A program made the position numbers and the translations under genes. Positions 17,627-26,896 of a DNA stretch of 64,000 nucleotides are shown here, one piece after another (positions within the stretch are counted from its first letter, which is position 1; each line of letters begins with the position of its first letter). The notes under the pieces are model-generated. The model searched no databases. It was not told where the DNA came from and saw only the letters and a program-made list of their open reading frames with translations. Origin of the DNA: Alistipes sp. UBA936 (GTDB taxonomy: Bacteria > Bacteroidota > Bacteroidia > Bacteroidales > Rikenellaceae); assembly GCA_002293505.1 (NCBI GenBank), contig DBDI01000030.1, positions 6,350 to 70,349 of the forward strand, read 5' to 3'.

Positions 17627-20239
17627 ATGCAAAAACAGAGGACGAAATTGGTATGTTGGGCGGTTGGAGCGCGGCTGGTTTCCTTGCGGGTCGTTTTGTC
17701 GGCGGTTTTGTTTTCTTGCGTTTTCGAGGCCGAGGCGCAAACACACGACACCGAATTTTCACCCGCCGAACCGGTGTGGATGTCCGAGGAGCCGGAGTGG
17801 GAGTCCGACGAGCCTTGGCTGGAGCGGGCCGAGCTTTTCGAGCGGCGGGTCGAGCCCGAGTTTGCGCCCCAGAGCGACCGCGGGGTTTTCGTGACCCCCG
17901 CCTGGAGCCAGTCGGGGCCGTTCGAGGAGTTTGCGCGCTACCGCTTTGGCGACGTTCGATACCGCCAGCGCGGACTCGACGATCGCAGATATCGCGTTGT
18001 GCTGGCGGGTGCCGACCTGATGGATGACATTACGCAATATCCTGATTATTCGCTTATTACGTTGCTTAGGCGCGCCGGTTTATCTGTTACGCGACCTGCT
18101 GCTGTTGTCGGTGGCGTGGAAAGTTATTCGTTGCAGGCTGCGGGTGAGGGGCTGTATGTTTTGACGCGCGCGGGCGACCGATATTCACGCGGCGGGGGCG
18201 ATTTGCGGCATTCCGGGGCCGGTGGGCGTGGTTGGTCGTGGACTGTCGGTGCGACGGGCGAAGCAGGTGACGACGGCCATATCAAAGGTGTGTTTACCAA
18301 TGCGTTAGGTGGCGTTGCATCGCTGTCGAAGGAGTGGGCAAGTGGCGCTCGGTTGACTTTTTTCGGAGCGGGTGGCGTTTCGGAACGTGGTGCGCGAACG
18401 GCCGCAACAGAAGAGGCTTTTGCTCTGATAGGCAATAAGTTATACAATCCGGTTTGGGGTCTTCAAGAGGGGCGTGTGCGGAATTCGCGAGTGAACGGCG
18501 TGCGGCAGTTTTTCGGCGCGGTGGAGTTTTCGGTGCCGCTGGGAAGTTTTGCCGCTGCCGAGGGCGTTGCCGGAGGTATTGGTCGCGAACGAATGCTTTA
18601 TGTTTCAGTTGCTTACCGTCGTGCTCGTGGAGGTCGTTCGCGGCTCGCTTGGATGGACACGCACTCGCCGATGCCAGATTATTATCGCTCGATGCCGTCG
18701 TTTTTTCCACCCGGCGCGGCGGAGGAGTTGGTCGAGGCGGCTTGGCGGTCGGGCGACGAGCGGATAACGCAGGTGAATTGGCATAACTTATACTATAACA
18801 ACACTTTGGCGGCAGATGGCAGGGCGACATATCTGGTCGAAGAGCAGGTCGAGCAGGCGAACGACGTGCATCTTGCAGCAACGGTTAATGCTCAGATTGA
18901 CAGCGAGTTGTCGTTAGCTTATGGTGTACGGGTAGGGGTGGAGAGTTCGCGGTTTTTCAAGGAGGCGGCCGATCTACTTGGTGCTCAGTGGCTTCCGAAT
19001 ATTGATCAGTATGCCGACGACCCGACCGACGGGGAGTATCACGCTGAGCCGCCGAACGAAAATGATCTGAGGAATCCGGGGCGGCAAGTAGCTGTGGGTA
19101 AGCGGTTTGGATACGATTATGCGTTTACGCGACTGCGACCTTCGGTTTTCGGATCATTGCATTGGAACAGAGCGACATACGGGCTTGTTGCGGAGGCTTC
19201 GCTGACTTATGCGCGGATGCAGCGCGAGGGGTTCTACGAGAAGGAACTTTTTCCGGGCGACGCGGCGGAGGGGCTCGGCGGGTCGTTCGGGCGCTCGCCG
19301 GCGGTCGAATTTACGACTTTTTCAGCCTCATTGTCAGCGTATTGGAGTCCAAGTGTGCGCCATTCTCTGTCCGTTTCCGCACTTGCCGCGACCGAGGCGC
19401 CGCGGATGGCAGATATGTTCCTGTCTCCAGAGCAAAACAGTCTTATGGTCAGCGATTTGACCCCGTCAGGGCTCTTTGGAGCGGAGGCTGCGTGGGTGTG
19501 GACGGGCGAAGGGGCGAGGCTGCGTGCGGCGGCTTTTGTTAACGCACAAACGTCTGAAACACAAGTGTATCGCTATTATGACGACCTTGCGGGCGCGTTT
19601 TCCGATATGGTCGTTCGGGGCGTCAATCGTCTCGCGATGGGGGTCGAATTGGGGGCCGAGGTGAGACTTGCGAGGCCGCTGACCCTTGCTATGGGTGCCT
19701 CTGTGGGCGATTTTCGGTACAATTCGGAGCCGCGAGCCACGATTTTCGACGACGCAACGGGCCGCCTGATTTCCGACGACATCGTTTGCTACGTGAGCGG
19801 GCTGAGGACCGGGCCACCGCAAACCGTGCTCGGGACGAAACTCGAATATTATGATCGAAAGTATTGGCGCATAACGCTTTACGGCGAGTGGCTCGGGCGG
19901 CGCCACGTAGAGATAAATCCGCTCTACCACTCGTCGCGAATCGTGGGAATCAATGCCGCGCCCGAAGTGATGGCCCTGTTTACGGGTCAGGAGCGGTTGC
20001 CCGACGCGTTTACGCTCGGAGCCTCAGTATCAAAAGGTTGGGTGTTGAGACGCGGATATCTGCGGATTGTCGGTTCGGCGCGTAATTTGTTATCAACCAG
20101 TATAATACACTCAGGATACGAGCAGATGAGAATCCGGCGCCTCGGCAGCGGGTCGGAGCGGACATTGGTGCCGTTTCCGTCGAAATATTTGTGGAGCTAT
20201 CCGATGACGTGGAATGTTACTGTAAGTTATAGATTATGA
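17627..20239 (+). CDS. large outer-membrane beta-barrel protein (divergent TonB-dependent-receptor-like)
   Basis: 870 aa with a signal peptide (...VFEAEAQ), long stretches of alternating Y/G/R beta strands, and a terminal ...WNVTVSYRL. I recognised no clear plug or TonB box. Confidence 0.55.
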   Translation: MQKQRTKLVCWAVGARLVSLRVVLSAVLFSCVFEAEAQTHDTEFSPAEPVWMSEEPEWESDEPWLERAELFERRVEPEFAPQSDRGVFVTPAWSQSGPFEEFARYRFGDVRYRQRGLDDRRYRVVLAGADLMDDITQYPDYSLITLLRRAGLSVTRPAAVVGGVESYSLQAAGEGLYVLTRAGDRYSRGGGDLRHSGAGGRGWSWTVGATGEAGDDGHIKGVFTNALGGVASLSKEWASGARLTFFGAGGVSERGARTAATEEAFALIGNKLYNPVWGLQEGRVRNSRVNGVRQFFGAVEFSVPLGSFAAAEGVAGGIGRERMLYVSVAYRRARGGRSRLAWMDTHSPMPDYYRSMPSFFPPGAAEELVEAAWRSGDERITQVNWHNLYYNNTLAADGRATYLVEEQVEQANDVHLAATVNAQIDSELSLAYGVRVGVESSRFFKEAADLLGAQWLPNIDQYADDPTDGEYHAEPPNENDLRNPGRQVAVGKRFGYDYAFTRLRPSVFGSLHWNRATYGLVAEASLTYARMQREGFYEKELFPGDAAEGLGGSFGRSPAVEFTTFSASLSAYWSPSVRHSLSVSALAATEAPRMADMFLSPEQNSLMVSDLTPSGLFGAEAAWVWTGEGARLRAAAFVNAQTSETQVYRYYDDLAGAFSDMVVRGVNRLAMGVELGAEVRLARPLTLAMGASVGDFRYNSEPRATIFDDATGRLISDDIVCYVSGLRTGPPQTVLGTKLEYYDRKYWRITLYGEWLGRRHVEINPLYHSSRIVGINAAPEVMALFTGQERLPDAFTLGASVSKGWVLRRGYLRIVGSARNLLSTSIIHSGYEQMRIRRLGSGSERTLVPFPSKYLWSYPMTWNVTVSYRL

Positions 20240-21054
20240 GGCTGTTATGTTGTGTTTTTGTGGCCTTTTCGCTGGTCGGCTGCATCGGGTCGTGGACGGT
20301 TCCGGAGTTTGAGGATACGTCCCGTCCGCGGAATGTGACGATTGCGGAATTGCGTGATTATATGTCTGGTGCAGAGGTTGTTATCGCGAACGATGTTGTG
20401 ATTGCCGGGCGGGTCGTGTCGAGCACGCGAGCCGGGAATTTTTACAACACGTTTCTGATTGACGATGGCACCGGCGCGGTCGAAATTATGGCGGGTTGGC
20501 CCGACCTGGATGCTGTGTATCATCCTGGTCAGCAGGTTGTTGTATCGGTGCGTGGCTTGGCGGTCGGCTGGCGCGATGGGGTGATGCAACTCGGACTGCC
20601 ACCGGATCCAGGAAGTCGCTATCCCACAGGCTATTTCTATCATCCGGTAGTCGCGGCGGAGTGGGTGATGGCCGAACGAAGTGTGATTCCGGTGTCGCCG
20701 ATTGTGACAGATATTGCGCTGTTAGACAGTGATTTGTGTGGTCGACTTGTGCGGATAGACGGTCTTCGAGCGGACGGGGCCCTGGCTACCGGCGCGACTT
20801 GGGCGACGAGGTGGCCCGAACCGACGACTGGTTATGTTAAATTTCGCTCGTCTGAGCGAGGCCCTGATGATTTTACGGGGCGCCCGCAGACTGATTCAAT
20901 TACCATTGTTACAAGCGGTTACGCATCGTTTGCTGGAGCCACGGTTCCGCGCGGGGAGGGGTCGCTGACCGGAATCTTGTTGTGGGGCCGCGGCGGCGGT
21001 GGACGAGAACACTTTTTGCTGAAGTTACGTGATGAGGAAGATATTGATTTTTAG
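20236..21054 (+). CDS. lipoprotein with OB-fold-like domain (resembles DUF5689-type)
   Basis: Lipobox FSLVGC. Core GRVVSSTRAGNFYNTFLIDDGTGAVEIMAG...VVVSVRGLAV is typical of an OB/tRNA_anti-like barrel. ATGA overlap with the upstream barrel gene. Confidence 0.5.
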   Translation: MRLLCCVFVAFSLVGCIGSWTVPEFEDTSRPRNVTIAELRDYMSGAEVVIANDVVIAGRVVSSTRAGNFYNTFLIDDGTGAVEIMAGWPDLDAVYHPGQQVVVSVRGLAVGWRDGVMQLGLPPDPGSRYPTGYFYHPVVAAEWVMAERSVIPVSPIVTDIALLDSDLCGRLVRIDGLRADGALATGATWATRWPEPTTGYVKFRSSERGPDDFTGRPQTDSITIVTSGYASFAGATVPRGEGSLTGILLWGRGGGGREHFLLKLRDEEDIDF

Positions 21055-21898
21055 CTTCTTGGCTCTTGTAGCATGCCGTTCGACGAGCGATCTGCCCGGG
21101 CCCGATGATGGCGAAGAGCAGACCGTGTCGATTGCCTATCTGAAAACGCTGTACAGAGGAGCTTCTACGCTGATTGACAGCGAAATACGTATTGAGGGAG
21201 CGGTCATTTCGAGCGACGATCAGGGCAATTTTTATCACACGCTGCTGGTGGATGACGGAACAGGCGGTATAGAAGTGAAACTCGCTATGGATCAGATTTT
21301 TAAGCAGTTTCGAGTGCATTCGCACGTCACGGTGCGGTGTAATGGGTTGTGGTTGGGCTCGTATGGCGGCACGTTACAGCTTGGTGCTCAACCGTTTGGA
21401 GAGTATGAAGTGGAACCGCTCGGTCAGGCGCAGGCGGCGGAGCATCTGAGTTGCGACAACGAATTTTGCGGCGAAGTTCTGCCTACTATTCTTACATTCA
21501 GCGAGTTATCGTTGCAACATATCTCCACTTTTGTGGCGTTCGAGGGGGTGTCTTTCGTCGAGCAAGGGCAACAATGGGCCGAAACCGAAGCCCTGACCAA
21601 TCCTGAGATCGCGACTCACTCCGCTACCGGAGCCGCGACTCCAGCCGCCCGCGCCCCAAACCACGTTCTCGCTACAGATCCCGCGACCGAACCTCCCTCG
21701 GCGACAAACAGACATATTATTGATAGACAGGGTAATACGTTGATCGTGCGCACGAGCCGGTATGCTCGTTTCGCGACGTGGTTGCTGCCCGCCGGAGAGG
21801 GACGAATCGAAGGCGTGTTAGGTTACTTTAGCGGTGATTATCAGTTGGTTGTGCTCGACGCGATGAAGTTCCAGCCGACGCGTCAACCCGGCAATTGA
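21032..21898 (+). CDS. lipoprotein with OB-fold-like domain, tandem paralogue
   Basis: Lipobox FLALVAC. Core GAVISSDDQGNFYHTLLVDDGTGGIEVKLA...VTVRCNGLWL is parallel to the preceding gene. ATG at 21032. Confidence 0.5.
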   Translation: MRKILIFSFLALVACRSTSDLPGPDDGEEQTVSIAYLKTLYRGASTLIDSEIRIEGAVISSDDQGNFYHTLLVDDGTGGIEVKLAMDQIFKQFRVHSHVTVRCNGLWLGSYGGTLQLGAQPFGEYEVEPLGQAQAAEHLSCDNEFCGEVLPTILTFSELSLQHISTFVAFEGVSFVEQGQQWAETEALTNPEIATHSATGAATPAARAPNHVLATDPATEPPSATNRHIIDRQGNTLIVRTSRYARFATWLLPAGEGRIEGVLGYFSGDYQLVVLDAMKFQPTRQPGN

Positions 21899-22671
21899 CC
21901 GAACACCCGCTGCGCATTTTCTGTCGTAATTCGGTCGACCTCATTGGGCGCGAGACCCAGAATTTCGGCCACCGCGGCGCGTATATATATAAGGTACGCC
22001 GGCTCGTTTCGCTGGCCGCGCAAAGGGGTGGGGGAGAGCCACGGGGCGTCGGTTTCGAGCACGATATGGGCCGGGTCGAGCTGTGGCAATAAGCTGATCC
22101 ATAAATTCTTACGGTATGTCACTGGTCCGCCGACTCCGAGCACTAAATCGCCCACCGCACGCACGCGATGGTACTCGTCGAGGCCCCCGCTGAAGGCGTG
22201 CATCACACCGCGCAGGCCCGTTCCGGTGTACTTTTCCAGCACGTCGAGCGTCTCGGCCCAGGCATCGCGTGAATGGATGGCGACGGGCAGATCAAAGCGC
22301 AGAGCCAGTGAGAGTTGGCGTTCGAAAGCGGCGGTCTGTTCGGCCAAGAAATCGCGACTCCAGTGCAGGTCGAGCCCAATTTCGCCCACGGCCCAGAATC
22401 TCCGCACAGGCGGCCGCGAAAGGTACTCCTCTACGATATCCAACTCGTTAACCCACTGTGTATTATCGTTGATTTCGGTCGGGTGGACGCCCATCATTGG
22501 CAGGCAAAAATCGGGATACGCACTGCACAGTTCGATCAACCGCGGGTGGCTCGCGGAACTCACCGCCGGACAGAAAACGTGCGTCACTCCGGCCTCCGCA
22601 GCGCGTGCGATAACCTGCTCACGGTCAGCGTCATAATCCTCAAGATAGAGGTGCGAATGTGTGTCGATCAT
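21883..22671 (-). CDS. TatD family metal-dependent hydrolase/DNase
   Basis: MIDTHSHLY start (HxH), internal H/E/D metal ligands, ...LETDAPWLSP. The ATG at 22671 is preferred because the upstream extension would overlap dprA. Confidence 0.85.
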   Translation of the reverse strand: MIDTHSHLYLEDYDADREQVIARAAEAGVTHVFCPAVSSASHPRLIELCSAYPDFCLPMMGVHPTEINDNTQWVNELDIVEEYLSRPPVRRFWAVGEIGLDLHWSRDFLAEQTAAFERQLSLALRFDLPVAIHSRDAWAETLDVLEKYTGTGLRGVMHAFSGGLDEYHRVRAVGDLVLGVGGPVTYRKNLWISLLPQLDPAHIVLETDAPWLSPTPLRGQRNEPAYLIYIRAAVAEILGLAPNEVDRITTENAQRVFGQLPG

Positions 22672-22690
22672 ACCTTGTGTTTTTGCCGCG

Positions 22691-23815
22691 TCAGGCAATT
22701 CGTTCGTAAAGTCCGCCGGGCAGGCGCGTGATTTTTCCGGCAAATTCGAGTTTAAGCAAAATTGGCGCCAACTCGCTGTGATTCAAAGCACTAAGCTCGC
22801 TCAGCAGGTCCACCGAAATGGCATCGCCACCGCGAAAACAGCCCAAAAGTCCGGCTGCATCGACAGAAATAGCCCCAGCCTCCGCTCCAAAACCCGCCTC
22901 AACCGCGGGAGTAACGCGAGGCCCAACACTCTCCACAGTCAGATCCCATCCGAGCGTTCGAATCACATCCTCGCCGTTGCAGACCATCTGCGCTTTATTA
23001 CTCTTGATCAGCCAGTTAGGGCCCTTTGCAGTCTTGTCTGTCGCGCGCCCCGGGACCGCCATCACAAGCCGGTTGTAGCCGAATGCAAAGTCGGCCGTGG
23101 TCATCGCGCCGCCGCCTAAGTCGCTCTGAACCACCACTGTACCCTCGCTCAGCGCTGCGATCAGTCGGTTGCGCGGTATGTAAAAATTGCCTTTCTGCTT
23201 GCTGTTCGAGTGGAGTTCGGTCACCACGGCGCCTCCGCGGGCGACTATTTCGCGCACAATCCCGGCGTTCGAAGCGGGAACAGGATTAGGCAACGCATTG
23301 GGTATCACTGCAATAGTCGGTACACCGTGGCGTAGCGCCGCGCGATGGCTGCTCATATCGACGCCGAACGCCAGCCCACTGACGATGCACAGACCCGGCA
23401 CACGCTCGGCGAGACCCTTCACGAGGCGGTCGCACATTACGTCGCCGTAGGTGTCGAACTGCCGCGTGCCGACGATTGAAACGCACCTGAGTGTCAGCGC
23501 ATTGACGTCACCACAAACATACAACACGTGGGGATGGTCGGCCGCCTCGCGCATCAACGGCGGATAGTCTTCATCGGTTGACGCCACAGCCGTAATGCCA
23601 TGTTTATCAATGTATTTCAGCTCGGCGGCTGCCCGACGATGCGCCTCCTTGCGGGCGATTTGCAGGGCTAACCCTTCGCGCAACCCGGCGCGGGTCAATT
23701 CGCTCGGCGAGGCGGCGTAAATTGCCTCCGCCGAACCGAACTCCTCCAACAACGCCGCAGCCGTCAATGCCCCCACACCATCTTCGAGCGAAAGCGCTAT
23801 ATCGTTGATATTCAC
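22691..23815 (-). CDS. dprA: DNA-processing protein DprA
   Basis: N-terminal SAM-like LLEEFGSAEAIYAASPSEL, the Rossmann DprA core (IVSGLAFGVDMSSHRAAL) and a C-terminal wHTH. Apparent GTG start. Confidence 0.85.
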   Translation of the reverse strand: MNINDIALSLEDGVGALTAAALLEEFGSAEAIYAASPSELTRAGLREGLALQIARKEAHRRAAAELKYIDKHGITAVASTDEDYPPLMREAADHPHVLYVCGDVNALTLRCVSIVGTRQFDTYGDVMCDRLVKGLAERVPGLCIVSGLAFGVDMSSHRAALRHGVPTIAVIPNALPNPVPASNAGIVREIVARGGAVVTELHSNSKQKGNFYIPRNRLIAALSEGTVVVQSDLGGGAMTTADFAFGYNRLVMAVPGRATDKTAKGPNWLIKSNKAQMVCNGEDVIRTLGWDLTVESVGPRVTPAVEAGFGAEAGAISVDAAGLLGCFRGGDAISVDLLSELSALNHSELAPILLKLEFAGKITRLPGGLYERIA

Positions 23816-23861
23816 CGAGTCACCTTTGAATTACACAGTCAAAAAATGACCCCCGGCTGCT

Positions 23862-23970
23862 GAGCACCTCACCTCACAGCATACAGATTTTCGACAGAAA
23901 GACCTTACCGGAGGCCAAAAACCTCCGGTCTTCCTGTCTAAAAATATACCAAACTGAGCGTGAGGTGCTC
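23862..23970 (-). ncRNA. candidate structured RNA or long 5' leader of dprA (nested hairpins)
   Basis: An 11-bp outer pairing, gagcacctcac (23862-23872) with gtgaggtgctc (23960-23970), encloses a 9+8-bp hairpin at 23893-23938. That hairpin only pairs fully on the minus strand (one G:U). A tatctttg -7 box on the minus strand at 23977-23984 would start transcription at the outer stem. Confidence 0.3.
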
Positions 23971-23984
23971 CGAGTGCAAAGATA

Positions 23985-24698
23985 TTAAATTATGAACGAA
24001 ACCTCGCGATAGAGGTAACTTTTTGTGTCACGGCCGTTGTCCAGAAGCAGTTCGCCGCCCGGCCCGACGCCGCGAATCGTTGCGGTAAAGCGTTTGCCGT
24101 CTGGCAGTTCGAAACTCGCCGGAACCCCGAGGCGGTAGATGCGGGCGTGGTAGTCGTTTAATAATTGTTGCGAGCCCGCCCGCAGCTCCCCGAGCCGCGT
24201 CATCAGACACTCATAAAACCGTTCCAGAACCTCGCGCCGGTCGACTTCGCGGCCCAGTTCCAGAGCCATCGACGTCGGATTGGGCAGCGACGGGTCGAAC
24301 TCCCTCTGATTCACGTTTATACCGATCCCCGCACCGCTGCGACGCAACATCCCGCCCTCGCCTGCCGAGTGGTCGATCAGCACTCCAACTATCTTACGGT
24401 CACCGATATAGATGTCGTTCGTCCACTTGATCCGCGCATCGAGGCCCCAAAGCGCGAAAGTGTCGACCAGCGCCAGCGCAACGGTTTGCAGCAACAAAAA
24501 CTGCTCGCCGACCCGCAAGAACGACGAGTCCATCACCGCGCTGAACATCAGGTTCTTACCCTCAGGACTGCTCCACTTTTTCCCCCTCTGTCCTCGTCCC
24601 GCCGTCTGGCGTTCGGCTACCACGACGTCGCCGTGAACGTAACGTTCGTCGCGCGCCTCGTCGATGGTGGAAGTTAGTTCGTCGAAAAAGTAAAACAT
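23985..24698 (-). CDS. birA: biotin--[acetyl-CoA-carboxylase] ligase
   Basis: GRGQRGKKW motif and KWTNDIY. The ATG at 24698 (MFYFFDEL) is supported by the tattttTG box at 24703-24710 on the minus strand. The track's longer N-terminus is hydrophobic junk overlapping the divergent promoter. Confidence 0.8.
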   Translation of the reverse strand: MFYFFDELTSTIDEARDERYVHGDVVVAERQTAGRGQRGKKWSSPEGKNLMFSAVMDSSFLRVGEQFLLLQTVALALVDTFALWGLDARIKWTNDIYIGDRKIVGVLIDHSAGEGGMLRRSGAGIGINVNQREFDPSLPNPTSMALELGREVDRREVLERFYECLMTRLGELRAGSQQLLNDYHARIYRLGVPASFELPDGKRFTATIRGVGPGGELLLDNGRDTKSYLYREVSFII

Positions 24699-24753
24699 TG
24701 GCCAAAAATAGTTACTTTTGTGGCAAAATCCGCAAAATACAAAACCAACAATT

Positions 24754-26880
24754 ATGAAAAAGCTCCTGACCCTTGCTCTAATCGCCTGTGCGGCAGCCGC
24801 TTGCTGCCAGAAAACAAAAAACACCATCACGATGTTGCCCTATCCCGAAACCCTGCGCGGGGACGTTGTGGAAGATTACCACGGCACACCCATCGCCGAC
24901 CCCTACCGCTGGCTGGAGGATGCCGATTCGGCCGAGACAGCCGCCTGGGTTGCCGAACAAAACAAAGTGACGTTCAACTACTTGGATCAAATTCCCTACC
25001 GCGACGCCGTTCGCGAACGCCTGACCCAGCTTTGGAACTATCCCAAGACCAGTGCGCCGTCGAAAGTGGGCGATTGGTACTTCTTCTACCACAACGACGG
25101 GCTTCAGAATCAGAGCGTTCTCTATCGTAAGAAGGGCCTCGACGGTGCACCCGAGCTCTTCCTCGACCCCAACACGCTCTCCACGGACGGAACCGTTGCT
25201 CTGGGCGAGGTCGACTTCTCTCGCGACGGTCGTTGGATGGCTTATGCGGTTGCTGCCGCGGGCTCCGATTGGGTGAAAATCCACGTTCGCGACGTCGAAA
25301 CCGGTGCCGACACCTCCGACCTTGTCGAGTGGGTGAAGTTCTCCGGCGCGACGTGGGCTCCCGACTCCAAGGGCTTCTATTACAGCTGCTACGAGGCTCC
25401 CAAGGATGGTAACATCTACTCCGTCCAGAACCAGCACCAGATGGTTTACTACCACGCGCTGGGCACCCCTCAGAGCGCCGACGTGCGCATCTATCGCGAC
25501 GACGCTCACCCGTTGCGCTACTTCCACGGCTACCCAAGTTACGACGGCCGTTGGATCTTTGTGGTCGGTTCCGAGGGTACGAGCGGTGCCGAGTTGCTCT
25601 ACCGCCGGGCCGATGAGCGTGCTTTCCGCGTGCTGTTTCCGGGCTTCGAGAACGAATACTCCGTTGTTCACGCTGAGGGCGACACCGCCTGGGTCTACAC
25701 CAACGACAAGGCACCCAACTTCCGCCTCGCTCGCGTCGATCTTGCTAATCCTGCTGCCGGCCTTGTGGACGTGATCGCCGAGGATCCCGCTCTGAGACTC
25801 CAAACAGTCTCTTCGACAGGCGGTTACTTCATCGCCAAATACCTCAAGGATGCAACCAGTAAGGTCATCCAATACGACATCGACGGTAAGCTGATTCGCG
25901 AGGTCGAGCTCGGCGAGTTGGCTACGGCTTCGGGCTTCGGCGGCCGTTGGGACGCGACGGAGACCTTCTACTCACTGTCGACCTACACCGCGCCCCCGAC
26001 CGTCTACCACTACGATCTGGCAACCGGCACCTCCACTTTCTACGACCGTCCCGAGGTCGACTTCAACCCCGACGAGTTCACCACCGAGCAGATCTTCTTC
26101 ACCAGTAAGGACGGTACCCGCGTGCCGATGTTCGTCGTTCACAAGAAAGACATCAAACTCGACGGTACCAACCCTACCTACCTGTATGGTTACGGCGGCT
26201 TCGACAGTAGCATCACTCCCGGATTCTCGGCCCAGCGTATAATGTTTATGGAACAGGGCGGCGTTGTTGTCGACGTCAACCTTCGTGGTGGCGGTGAGTA
26301 CGGCGAGGCTTGGCACCGGGCCGGAATGTTGGAAAAGAAACAGAACGTGTTCGACGACTTCATCGGCGCTGCAGAATGGCTGATCGCCAACAAATACACC
26401 TCGCCCGAGAAACTCGCCATCGCCGGTGGTTCTAACGGCGGCCTTCTGGTCGGCGCTGCGATGACCCAGCGCCCTGAACTTTTCGCGGTTGCACTTCCCG
26501 CTGTCGGCGTGATGGATATGTTGCGCTACCACCGCTTCACCGTCGGTTGGGGTTGGAGCGTCGAGTACGGTAATGCCGACAACGCCGACCAGTTCGAGTA
26601 TATATATAAGTACTCGCCGTTGCACAACCTTCGCGAGGGTGTCTGCTATCCCGCGACCCTCGTCACCACCGCCGACCACGACGACCGCGTTGTTCCGGCC
26701 CACTCGTTCAAGTTCGCCGCCGAGCTTCAGCACGATCAGGCGTGCGACAACCCGACCCTGATTCGCATCGAGACCAACGCTGGCCACGGAGCAGGCAAGC
26801 CCACCTCGAAACGCATCGACGAAGCGGCCGATACCTACTCGTTCGTCTTCTGGAACACCGATACTAAGGTCAAACTCTAA
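24754..26880 (+). CDS. prolyl oligopeptidase family S9A serine peptidase (lipoprotein)
   Basis: DPYRWLED, a beta-propeller region, the catalytic GGSNGG, and a C-terminal D...H (ADHDDRV, NAGHG). Start at MKKLLTLALIACAAAACC. Confidence 0.9.
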   Translation: MKKLLTLALIACAAAACCQKTKNTITMLPYPETLRGDVVEDYHGTPIADPYRWLEDADSAETAAWVAEQNKVTFNYLDQIPYRDAVRERLTQLWNYPKTSAPSKVGDWYFFYHNDGLQNQSVLYRKKGLDGAPELFLDPNTLSTDGTVALGEVDFSRDGRWMAYAVAAAGSDWVKIHVRDVETGADTSDLVEWVKFSGATWAPDSKGFYYSCYEAPKDGNIYSVQNQHQMVYYHALGTPQSADVRIYRDDAHPLRYFHGYPSYDGRWIFVVGSEGTSGAELLYRRADERAFRVLFPGFENEYSVVHAEGDTAWVYTNDKAPNFRLARVDLANPAAGLVDVIAEDPALRLQTVSSTGGYFIAKYLKDATSKVIQYDIDGKLIREVELGELATASGFGGRWDATETFYSLSTYTAPPTVYHYDLATGTSTFYDRPEVDFNPDEFTTEQIFFTSKDGTRVPMFVVHKKDIKLDGTNPTYLYGYGGFDSSITPGFSAQRIMFMEQGGVVVDVNLRGGGEYGEAWHRAGMLEKKQNVFDDFIGAAEWLIANKYTSPEKLAIAGGSNGGLLVGAAMTQRPELFAVALPAVGVMDMLRYHRFTVGWGWSVEYGNADNADQFEYIYKYSPLHNLREGVCYPATLVTTADHDDRVVPAHSFKFAAELQHDQACDNPTLIRIETNAGHGAGKPTSKRIDEAADTYSFVFWNTDTKVKL

Positions 26881-26896
26881 CCCCTACGGCTGGCGT

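Noticed and set aside
21883-22743. Longer 286-aa version of TatD, and similar N-terminal extensions in the track (birA 24830, cls 39694, lspA 44010, nth 62615, GH20 2969, aminotransferase 13206, manA 14120)
   Set aside because: The extensions start at TTG/GTG or upstream ATG codons and overlap neighbouring genes or promoters. They also lack homology-like sequence. Internal ATGs give canonical N-termini (for example MIDTHSH for TatD) and often sit 4-8 nt after a TAnnTTTG box.
23862-23970. SRP (4.5S) RNA or 6S RNA identity for the birA-dprA structured element
   Set aside because: The long-hairpin shape is superficially SRP-like. However, the apical loop is UUUUUGG on a CCGGAGG stem, not the conserved GGAA/GNAR tetraloop with the AGCA-type symmetric loop. 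It is also too short and lacks the central bubble expected of 6S RNA.
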